Source: Aliivibrio fischeri ES114 (GTDB lineage: Bacteria > Pseudomonadota > Gammaproteobacteria > Enterobacterales > Vibrionaceae). From it: DNA of 32,000 nt. The notes beneath the pieces are model-generated. The model was not told where the DNA came from. It saw only the letters and a program-made list of their open reading frames with translations, and did not search any database. The translations under genes and the position numbers were made by a program. Numbering within the stretch: position 1 is the stretch's first letter; each line of letters begins with the position of its first letter. Shown here in pieces: positions 8,332 to 15,598 of this stretch. The DNA is taken from assembly GCF_000011805.1 (NCBI RefSeq), contig NC_006840.2, one strand, 5' to 3'.

Positions 8332-9535
8332 AATTATCCCAAATTAAACGAGAATCAAAACTTTCGGCTGCTAGCATGGTGAATACGACTACTAAACCAA
8401 AAGCCACAGCACCAAGGCCGGGAGTAAAATCTAAAATTTGTCCGCGATCTATTAATGTCATCATAATAGAGATAACAAATAAATCCATTACAGACCATTT
8501 TCCAATCCATTTAACCGCAGTATAAATGAACATTCTTTGACGATGAAAAGCCGAGCGTTTAAATTGCACACAGAGCAATAAATAGCCAAGCCCAAGAATT
8601 TTAGCAACTGGTACAATAATACTAGCGATAAAAATAATAGCCGCAATACCATACATGTCAGTTCTGATTAAGCCTGCAACACCTGAAAAAATAGTATCTT
8701 CTAAACGTTTACCATTGGTGAGTAAAATTGAGATAGATAAAATGTTAGCAGGAATAATGAAGATAGCTGCAGCAATTAAGTAAGCCCAGGTTTTTTGAAT
8801 CGACTTAGGCTTTCTAAAGTGAATTGGACGTTTACAACGAATACAGTGACTGCCTTTTTGTTGAGTAAAGTGGCAATGTTCGCAATGGATAGAATGCTTA
8901 GGGTCGACAATAGGGGCTTCAGTATCCTGCTGATGCTTTCTTTGCCAAACACGCCAGTAACGACGCACACTGACATGAGTTAACAATAAAGACGTTGTGA
9001 ATTGAAGAAGAACAAGTCCATATAATCCCGAGCCGATAAATATATCAGCGTGATCTTGAATTTTAAAACAAGCAATGGCTAAGCTAATTAAAAAGACATC
9101 AAGCATCATCCAGTCTTTTAAGTGTTGAATGATAGATAAACTTAACCTGTAGGTTTTGAACCATTTCTTTCGAAGTGCTAGGTGAGCGGTAACCACTGAG
9201 CCACACACAAGAAAAGGGACAATTGAACTACAAAATAAAATAAGTAGGCCGAGCATCGGGAAACCTTCAGCCATTAAGGTAATGGTGCCTGAAGGCAAGG
9301 TTGCTGGGATCATTACACCAAACAGTTTGATGGTAACCATTGGGAAAAAATGAGAAGGAATAAATAGTAATAGCGCAGCGATGGCGATAGCAAGATCACT
9401 ATTTAATGAAATTCGGTTACCACGATAAAGCTGTGTGTTGCAGCGAGGGCAATGAGCGTTTTGCTTTTTCTTTACCTTCGCTACCTCAACAACAAGATCA
9501 CAGCCGTGACAGCGACGAAATTTAGCGTCTTCCAC
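8309..9535 (-). CDS. letA: LetA (YebS), PqiA-family inner-membrane partner of LetB
   Basis: 408 aa made of two PqiA-type half repeats. Each half starts with a Cys4 zinc-ribbon-like motif (CHGCD..17..CPRCN and CEHCH..8..CIRCK) followed by about four TM helices. The 3' end overlaps the letB start by 23 nt (8309..8331). The GTG start at 9535 has a weak SD, so the start is uncertain. Confidence 0.8.
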   Translation of the reverse strand: MEDAKFRRCHGCDLVVEVAKVKKKQNAHCPRCNTQLYRGNRISLNSDLAIAIAALLLFIPSHFFPMVTIKLFGVMIPATLPSGTITLMAEGFPMLGLLILFCSSIVPFLVCGSVVTAHLALRKKWFKTYRLSLSIIQHLKDWMMLDVFLISLAIACFKIQDHADIFIGSGLYGLVLLQFTTSLLLTHVSVRRYWRVWQRKHQQDTEAPIVDPKHSIHCEHCHFTQQKGSHCIRCKRPIHFRKPKSIQKTWAYLIAAAIFIIPANILSISILLTNGKRLEDTIFSGVAGLIRTDMYGIAAIIFIASIIVPVAKILGLGYLLLCVQFKRSAFHRQRMFIYTAVKWIGKWSVMDLFVISIMMTLIDRGQILDFTPGLGAVAFGLVVVFTMLAAESFDSRLIWDNYEPTKKS

Positions 9536-9552
9536 TTCTGTGATCCATTAAA

Positions 9553-11346
9553 TTAGCTTTGAATAGTGCCATACAGTGTTTGATACAGTCCTTGCTGTGT
9601 AACTAACTCGTGGTGTGTACCTGATTGAGATACTTTACCATCATCTAAAACATAAATCGTATCGGCTTGTTTCACCGCACTTAAACGGTGAGCTACTATT
9701 AGTGTAGTACGTCCAACTAAAAAGTCACTGAGTGCTTTATGTAAAGCGGCTTCAGTTGCCGTATCTAATGCCGAGGTTGCTTCATCTAAAATTACAAATT
9801 TAGGGTCGGTTAACACCATTCTTGCGATAGCTAAACGTTGTCGTTGTCCACCAGAAAGTTTAACGCCTTGACGACCAATTTGAGTATCAAGTCCTTCTGT
9901 TAATTGTGCTACCACATCTTGTAATTGCGCGACATTAAGAGCTTCCCAAAGTAAATCATCAGAATAATCAGCGCCTAACGTGAGATTATGCCTTAAAGTA
10001 TCATTAAATAGTATAGGTTGTTGTAGCACTACTGATATTTGATTCCTAATATTATCAAACCCAATTTCTTTTGTACTGTGACCATTAAAGGTGATAGTTC
10101 CGTTAGACGGTTGGTATAAACCCAGTAATAGCTGGATAAGTGTTGATTTCCCACCTCCGCTAGCACCAACTAAGGCGACTTTTTCACCAGCTCGAATGTT
10201 CAAAGATAAATCATTTAGGACTTGGCATTCCTCGTTATAACTGAAATTTATATTGTTAATAGATATTTCAGCGGTGCTACTTTTGTAAAAAGGATCGATA
10301 TCTGAATGAATTTTAGGCTCTTCATCAATATGCAGTAATGTATTAATTCGCTTTAAAGCAGCGGATGCACCATACCAAGAGAATTGAATATTAAGTAGTT
10401 CTTGAATAGGAGAGAGCATTACCCATAAGTAGCTAAAAATGGCAAACATTTGACCGATGCTTAAATCACTAAATAGCACCATGATCATTGCAGCCGCACG
10501 AAACAGCTCAAAACCAAGTAAAAATAATAAAAAAGATAGGCGGCCAGCTGCTTCTGATTGCCACGCAAACTGGTCTGCGCTGTGCCTAATGTCATCGGCC
10601 TGATTTTTGAGTTGTTCTAGAAAAAGACGTTCACGATTCGATGCACGTAATTGATAAATACCATCTAAGGTCTCAATTAAACGTGATTGGAAGCGCTCAT
10701 AAGATTGGTTTTCTTTTTTCTTTAAGTCTTTTACACGGTTTCCAAGTTTACGAGAGAAATAAATAACAATTGGATTAACGAGTAAAATGAATAAACCCAG
10801 TTGCCAGTTAATCCATAGTAGAACACCAGCCGTGCCGATAACGGTTAAAAAAGAGACGATAAAACGACTTAGTGTCGGACCAAGGAACTTATCAATGGTA
10901 TCAATGTCAGTAATGATATGAGAGTTAATACCGCCACTGCCGCGTGATTCATACTCTTTCATACTGATACGACTTAGCTTATCTAAGAGTTGCAGTCGAA
11001 TTTGATAAGTGATCGTTTTTGAAACCAAACTAAATTGGCGGCCTTGAATTATATTGAGGATTTGGCTTATTACTCGCATGAGAATGACCAAAACAAGCAC
11101 AAGAAGGATATAACCCGTCGCATTTTGCCAAGCAGTTGGTAAAAGGTGATTTAAGATCTCAACACCTGATGCGGGTTTATGTAGCAAAACTTCATCTACC
11201 ATTAATGGCATAAGTAAAGGAATTGGGACACTAATTAAAGTTGCAATAATAGCGATGACATTTGCTGCAACTAAACGTGTTTTGTAGTTTTTTGCTTGCC
11301 TTAATAGCCAATTCCAGTTAATTGTAGAAGTTATGGTACTGCTCAT
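9553..11346 (-). CDS. Type-I ABC exporter half-transporter (fused TMD-NBD, MsbA/MdlB-like); substrate unknown
   Basis: 597 aa. An N-terminal six-helix ABC_membrane domain is followed by an NBD with Walker A GASGGGKST, signature LSGGQRQRLAIAR, Walker B FVILDEATSALD and H-loop VAHRLS. The stop lies 17 nt upstream of the letA start on the same strand. Confidence 0.9.
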   Translation of the reverse strand: MSSTITSTINWNWLLRQAKNYKTRLVAANVIAIIATLISVPIPLLMPLMVDEVLLHKPASGVEILNHLLPTAWQNATGYILLVLVLVILMRVISQILNIIQGRQFSLVSKTITYQIRLQLLDKLSRISMKEYESRGSGGINSHIITDIDTIDKFLGPTLSRFIVSFLTVIGTAGVLLWINWQLGLFILLVNPIVIYFSRKLGNRVKDLKKKENQSYERFQSRLIETLDGIYQLRASNRERLFLEQLKNQADDIRHSADQFAWQSEAAGRLSFLLFLLGFELFRAAAMIMVLFSDLSIGQMFAIFSYLWVMLSPIQELLNIQFSWYGASAALKRINTLLHIDEEPKIHSDIDPFYKSSTAEISINNINFSYNEECQVLNDLSLNIRAGEKVALVGASGGGKSTLIQLLLGLYQPSNGTITFNGHSTKEIGFDNIRNQISVVLQQPILFNDTLRHNLTLGADYSDDLLWEALNVAQLQDVVAQLTEGLDTQIGRQGVKLSGGQRQRLAIARMVLTDPKFVILDEATSALDTATEAALHKALSDFLVGRTTLIVAHRLSAVKQADTIYVLDDGKVSQSGTHHELVTQQGLYQTLYGTIQS

Positions 11347-11442
11347 AGTGATAATGATTCCTATTATTATCTTTTCAAGGGCATTGTACTCAGTATAAAT
11401 AGAGTCGCAAGTGATTGGTACAAATACAGGATAAATAAAAAG

Positions 11443-11895
11443 ATGGAATTAAAACATTACGCGCGATTAACACAGCAAGCACTGGGTTTGATTGAAGGTG
11501 AAACTGATTATATTGCAAATTTGGCGAATATCAGTGCACTATTGAATATGGAATTGGATGACATTAATTGGGTAGGTTTTTATCTATTTAAAGAAAATGA
11601 ATTAGTTTTAGGTCCATTTCAAGGTAAGCCCGCTTGTATTCGAATTAGTGTAGGGAAGGGAGTGTGTGGCACAGCCTTCGCTACAAAAACTGTTCAACGT
11701 ATTGACGATGTTCATCAATTTGCTGGTCACATTGCTTGTGATGCAGAAAGTAACTCTGAAATAGTGATTCCATTTTATCGAAACGGAGAACTTGCAGGAG
11801 TGTTGGATATTGATAGTCCAAAATTTAATCGATTTAGCGAAATCGACGAAAAAGGACTGGTTGATTTCATGAAAGAAGCAGAAAAGAGACTTTAA
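11443..11895 (+). CDS. msrC: Free methionine-(R)-sulfoxide reductase MsrC (YebR), GAF-domain protein
   Basis: 150 aa, collinear with E. coli YebR: INW.GFYL......LVLGPFQGK.AC.RI.VG.GVCGTA.....VQRI.DVH.F.GHIACDA.SNSEIV.P......GVLDIDS..F.RF...DE.GL. Confidence 0.9.
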   Translation: MELKHYARLTQQALGLIEGETDYIANLANISALLNMELDDINWVGFYLFKENELVLGPFQGKPACIRISVGKGVCGTAFATKTVQRIDDVHQFAGHIACDAESNSEIVIPFYRNGELAGVLDIDSPKFNRFSEIDEKGLVDFMKEAEKRL

Positions 11896-12000
11896 TTTTC
11901 TTTCAGTAGTGGTTTTTCACGCTTAAGTATCTATAATAGCGGAATATCTTTACTAGAAATAAACCTAAATACGGCTAGAACCGTACTATCAGGAAACTAC

Positions 12001-12627
12001 ATGGAAAACTCTGAAAAATTAGCGAACAGCAAAGAAGTAATTGCATACATTGCTGAGCGTTTCCCGAAATGCTTTATTTTAGAAGGCGAAGCTAAACCTC
12101 TTAAAATTGGTATCTTCCAAGATCTTGCTGAACGTTTAAGCGATGATCCTAAAGTAAGTAAAACTCAGCTACGTGCTGGTTTACGTCAATACACATCTTC
12201 TTGGCGTTACCTACACGGTGTTAAGCCGGGCGCATCTCGTGTTGATTTAGATGGTAACCCTTGTGGTGAACTAGAAGAAGAGCACATTGAACACGCTAAA
12301 GCGACTCTAGAAGAGAGCAAAGCAAAAGTTGCTACTCGTCGTAAAGAGCAAGCTAAAAAAGCAAGAGAAGAAGCAAAAGCTAAGAAAACAGCTCGTGCTG
12401 CTACTCCACCTAAGCGTCGTCCTCAACCTGCTGCGAAGAAAGTTGAACAGCCAGTTGAAACTCGTGCTCTAAACGCTGATGAAATTACTGTTGGTAACAA
12501 CGTAAGCGTGAACATGGGTAAAGGTAATATGCCTGCGACAATCGTTGAAATTAACAAGGATGATGTACGAATTCGCTTATCGAACGGCCTACAAATGGTT
12601 GTTAAAGCGGAGAATCTTCGTTCATAA
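12001..12627 (+). CDS. proQ: RNA chaperone ProQ
   Basis: 208 aa. N-terminal FinO-like domain ([13 protein letters not shown]...[15 protein letters not shown]....[20 protein letters not shown]), a K/A/E/R-rich linker, and a C-terminal Tudor-like domain. It sits immediately upstream of prc, as in E. coli. Confidence 0.93.
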   Translation: MENSEKLANSKEVIAYIAERFPKCFILEGEAKPLKIGIFQDLAERLSDDPKVSKTQLRAGLRQYTSSWRYLHGVKPGASRVDLDGNPCGELEEEHIEHAKATLEESKAKVATRRKEQAKKAREEAKAKKTARAATPPKRRPQPAAKKVEQPVETRALNADEITVGNNVSVNMGKGNMPATIVEINKDDVRIRLSNGLQMVVKAENLRS

Positions 12628-12644
12628 AGGAGCACTCCCGACGC

Positions 12645-14666
12645 ATGAATTGTCGATTTAGAGTCTCGCTGATTGCTGCTGGCGTTATGCTAGCAGCATC
12701 TGCACACGCACTTGAAGCTAAGGTATTAGACGCCAAGTTTTCCGAAACTGACTTACCAGTATTAGCCGCAGAAACGCAGCATGCCACTGCAAGTAAGCGC
12801 GTTACTTCTCGTTTTACACGTTCTCATTATAAGCATTTCTCATTAGATGATGACTTTTCAGTTGCCATTTATGAGCGATATTTAGATATGCTTGATTATA
12901 ATCGAAACGTGTTTATACAAGCAGACCTTGCTTCGTTCGCCCCATTATCAACTCAATTAGATGACCAATTAAAAGTTGGTGACACCAAAGCCGCTTTTGA
13001 TATTTATAACTTATCTTTAAAACGTCGTTTTGAACGATATGTTTATGCATTGTCATTATTAGATAAAGAATTTGACTACACAGTAGACGAATCTATTGAA
13101 CTTGATCGCTCTGAAGCGGCTTGGCCAAAAGATGAAGCTGAGTTAAATGAACTTTGGCGTAAACGTGTTAAATATGATGCACTTAACTTGTCTATGGCAG
13201 GTAAAGATTGGCCTGAAATCCAAGAGATGTTAGGCAAGCGTTATAATAATGCGCTTAAGCGTTTAACTCAAAGTCACAATGAAGATGCGTTCCAACTTTA
13301 CATTAATGCGTTTGCACGTGAAGTTGATCCTCATACAAGTTATTTATCTCCACGTAATGCAGAACAATTCCAATCAGAAATGAATTTATCATTAGAGGGG
13401 ATTGGTGCTGTGTTACAAGCAACGGATGACTATACTGTTATTCGTTCTCTGGTTGCTGGTGGACCGGCATTAACAAGTAAAAAATTGTCTGAAGGCGACC
13501 GAATTATCGGTGTTGGCCAAGAAGGTGAAAAAATTGTTGATGTTATTGGATGGCGTTTAGATGACGTTGTTCAACTTATTAAAGGACCAAAAGGGACAAA
13601 AGTGAAGCTTGAGATCTTACCTGAAGGTAAGGATTCAAAAAGTCACACTGTCACAATTGTTCGAGATAAGATCCGTTTAGAAGACAGAGCAGTAAAATCT
13701 GAAGTGATTGAACAGAATGGCAAGAAAATTGGTGTACTAGAAGTACCAAGTTTCTATGTTGGTCTTGCTGAAGATACGAAAAAAGAAATTGCTGAGCTAA
13801 AAGAGAAAGATATCTCAGGTATTATTGTTGATTTACGCAATAATGGTGGTGGGGCATTAACCGAAGCAACTGCGTTATCTGGCTTATTTATTACTGCAGG
13901 ACCTGTTGTTCAGGTGCGTGATAGTTATGGTCGAGTTAATGTAAATGCGGATACTGATGGTGAAATTTCATATACTGGCCCAATGACGGTTCTTGTTAAT
14001 CGTTATAGTGCGTCAGCATCTGAGATTTTTGCTGCAGCAATGCAAGATTATGGTCGTGCGGTTATCTTGGGTGAAAACTCATTTGGTAAAGGTACGGTTC
14101 AACAACATAGATCATTAAATCATATCTATGACTTGTTTGATAAACCACTTGGTCATGTTCAATACACAATTCAGAAATTCTACCGTATCAATGGTGGTAG
14201 TACTCAGAATTTAGGTGTTGTGCCTGATATTGCTTTCCCAACAGCTATCGATCCAAAAGATACTGGTGAGAGTGTTGAAGATAACGCACTTCCATGGGAT
14301 AGCATTAAAGCTGCTGATTATGCTAAAACAAATCAAATCGCAGAAACGATTGAACCATTAGCGAAAAAACATGTTGAACGAATCAAAACCGATGAAGAGT
14401 TTGGTTTTATTCAAGAAGACATTGCTCGTTATAAAGCTGAAAAAGACATTACTTCTATTTCATTGAATAAAAAAGTTCGTGAGAAAGAGAGTGATGATGC
14501 AGATGCTCGTCGTCTAACTCGTGTAAATGAGAGACAAAAATTACTTGGAAAAGAAGAGTTTAAAACACTTGATGATATTCCAAAAGATTACGAAGTGCCT
14601 GATGCTTATTTAGATGAAGCGGTTTCAATTACGATTGATTTAGCACTAATGAATCAGAAAAAGTAA
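12645..14666 (+). CDS. prc: Tail-specific (C-terminal processing) periplasmic protease Prc, S41 family
   Basis: 673 aa with a signal peptide, collinear with E. coli Prc: ETQHAT.S.RVTSRFTRSHY, EIDPHT.YLSPRN.EQF..EM.LSLEGIGAVLQ, IDLR.NGGGALTEA, SASASEIFAAAMQDYGRA, FGKGTVQQ.RSLN, YTIQKFYR.NGGSTQ. Confidence 0.95.
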   Translation: MNCRFRVSLIAAGVMLAASAHALEAKVLDAKFSETDLPVLAAETQHATASKRVTSRFTRSHYKHFSLDDDFSVAIYERYLDMLDYNRNVFIQADLASFAPLSTQLDDQLKVGDTKAAFDIYNLSLKRRFERYVYALSLLDKEFDYTVDESIELDRSEAAWPKDEAELNELWRKRVKYDALNLSMAGKDWPEIQEMLGKRYNNALKRLTQSHNEDAFQLYINAFAREVDPHTSYLSPRNAEQFQSEMNLSLEGIGAVLQATDDYTVIRSLVAGGPALTSKKLSEGDRIIGVGQEGEKIVDVIGWRLDDVVQLIKGPKGTKVKLEILPEGKDSKSHTVTIVRDKIRLEDRAVKSEVIEQNGKKIGVLEVPSFYVGLAEDTKKEIAELKEKDISGIIVDLRNNGGGALTEATALSGLFITAGPVVQVRDSYGRVNVNADTDGEISYTGPMTVLVNRYSASASEIFAAAMQDYGRAVILGENSFGKGTVQQHRSLNHIYDLFDKPLGHVQYTIQKFYRINGGSTQNLGVVPDIAFPTAIDPKDTGESVEDNALPWDSIKAADYAKTNQIAETIEPLAKKHVERIKTDEEFGFIQEDIARYKAEKDITSISLNKKVREKESDDADARRLTRVNERQKLLGKEEFKTLDDIPKDYEVPDAYLDEAVSITIDLALMNQKK

Positions 14667-14689
14667 TCTCAATTTGAATTATTTTAAAA

Positions 14690-14717
14690 CAGAAGTCATG
14701 ATGGCTTCTGTTTTTTT
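14690..14717 (+). terminator. Rho-independent terminator after prc
   Basis: 9-bp stem from CAGAAGTCA to TGGCTTCTG (one G:U pair) with a 3-nt loop, spanning 14690..14710, followed by seven T residues (14711..14717). Confidence 0.85.
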
Positions 14718-14795
14718 ATGTCTAAAAAACGGCAAATCATTGAATTTACAACTAGGCTTAACATAGTAAGCATTCAATTTACTTGGAGTCTTGAT

Positions 14796-15461
14796 ATGAA
14801 GCCGATGATTTTATCTGTATTACTTTTCTTTATTAGTCCCTTTGTATCTAACGCAACGGTAGAGTTAGAAAATAAATCGCTAACGTATTTTGAAAATCCA
14901 TTTTTATTAGGTGATTGGTACTTCTTTAAACCACCACATATCGAAAATGATTTTGATGTTCTTCATATTCGACTCAATTCTGATCATCAATTTACGATTG
15001 AAATGATAAAAGTAGAAAAGAATACGGCAGATTCGTGGTCGGGAGAGTTTCAGTTATCACCAGAGCGAATTTTGTTTAAAGGCGGTGAAGATGAATCTCA
15101 TGTTTATCACTACCAAGTTAGTCATAACCGATTGTATTTAAATGGTGTTGAATTCTTTAAAGTTGTCCCTGAAACCTACACTGGAGCCTGGCGTTCACAA
15201 CTGGTTTCTGGTGAAGATATCATGGTAAGTGATGTTCAAAATTTAAATCTATTTTTAGGTTCGGATTTTATTTTTTCATTAGAAGTGATTTCGAGTACAG
15301 GTAAACGAAATCAAAAAATTGGTTACTATTACTTTGAAGATGATGACTTGGTTCTTTTATATGATGAAGGGGAGCAGGAATCGACATTTGAAATTAATGA
15401 AAATGCACTAGAGTTAAAAAATGAGCAATTTGGAATGTATGCGCTATTAGTTCGGGATTAA
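14796..15461 (+). CDS. Secreted hypothetical protein with an internal tandem duplication; no family recognised
   Basis: I prefer the ATG at 14796, which has GGAG 8 nt upstream, to the track start at 14718, which lies inside the prc terminator T-run. The signal peptide is MKPMILSVLLFFISPFVSNA with no lipobox Cys. The two halves share a beta-rich pattern: (W)-x-hydrophobic..L.L..D..F..E.......G.Y....L.L. Confidence 0.7.
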   Translation: MKPMILSVLLFFISPFVSNATVELENKSLTYFENPFLLGDWYFFKPPHIENDFDVLHIRLNSDHQFTIEMIKVEKNTADSWSGEFQLSPERILFKGGEDESHVYHYQVSHNRLYLNGVEFFKVVPETYTGAWRSQLVSGEDIMVSDVQNLNLFLGSDFIFSLEVISSTGKRNQKIGYYYFEDDDLVLLYDEGEQESTFEINENALELKNEQFGMYALLVRD

Positions 15462-15598
15462 TGTTACTCCAAGTATAGAAATATGAGACTAGAATATTTT
15501 TTAATAACAAATTTGTTGGATCTTATGCGAGAATGTAGGAGTTAAATAGCTATTATCACTAGCTTTGTTTTCAGTGATAGAAATCATAAGGATATATT

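Noticed and set aside
5695-9535. Calling the pair PqiA/PqiB (paraquat-inducible proteins)
   Set aside because: Seven MCE repeats, the 878-aa length, the absence of a pqiC lipoprotein gene and the rsmF/msrC/proQ/prc neighbourhood all match LetA/LetB (YebS/YebT).
14718-14795. Track start of the secreted hypothetical protein at 14718
   Set aside because: The ATG abuts the prc terminator T-run and has no SD. The internal ATG at 14796 has GGAG upstream and yields a canonical signal peptide at the N-terminus.
15554-15579. TATCACT-N12-AGTGATA upstream of pepN, reminiscent of lambdoid operator half-sites (TATCACC...GGTGATA)
   Set aside because: The spacing (12 nt rather than 3) is wrong for a CI/Cro-type operator and there is no phage context. 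It may simply be a 7-bp leader hairpin 20 nt before the pepN ATG.
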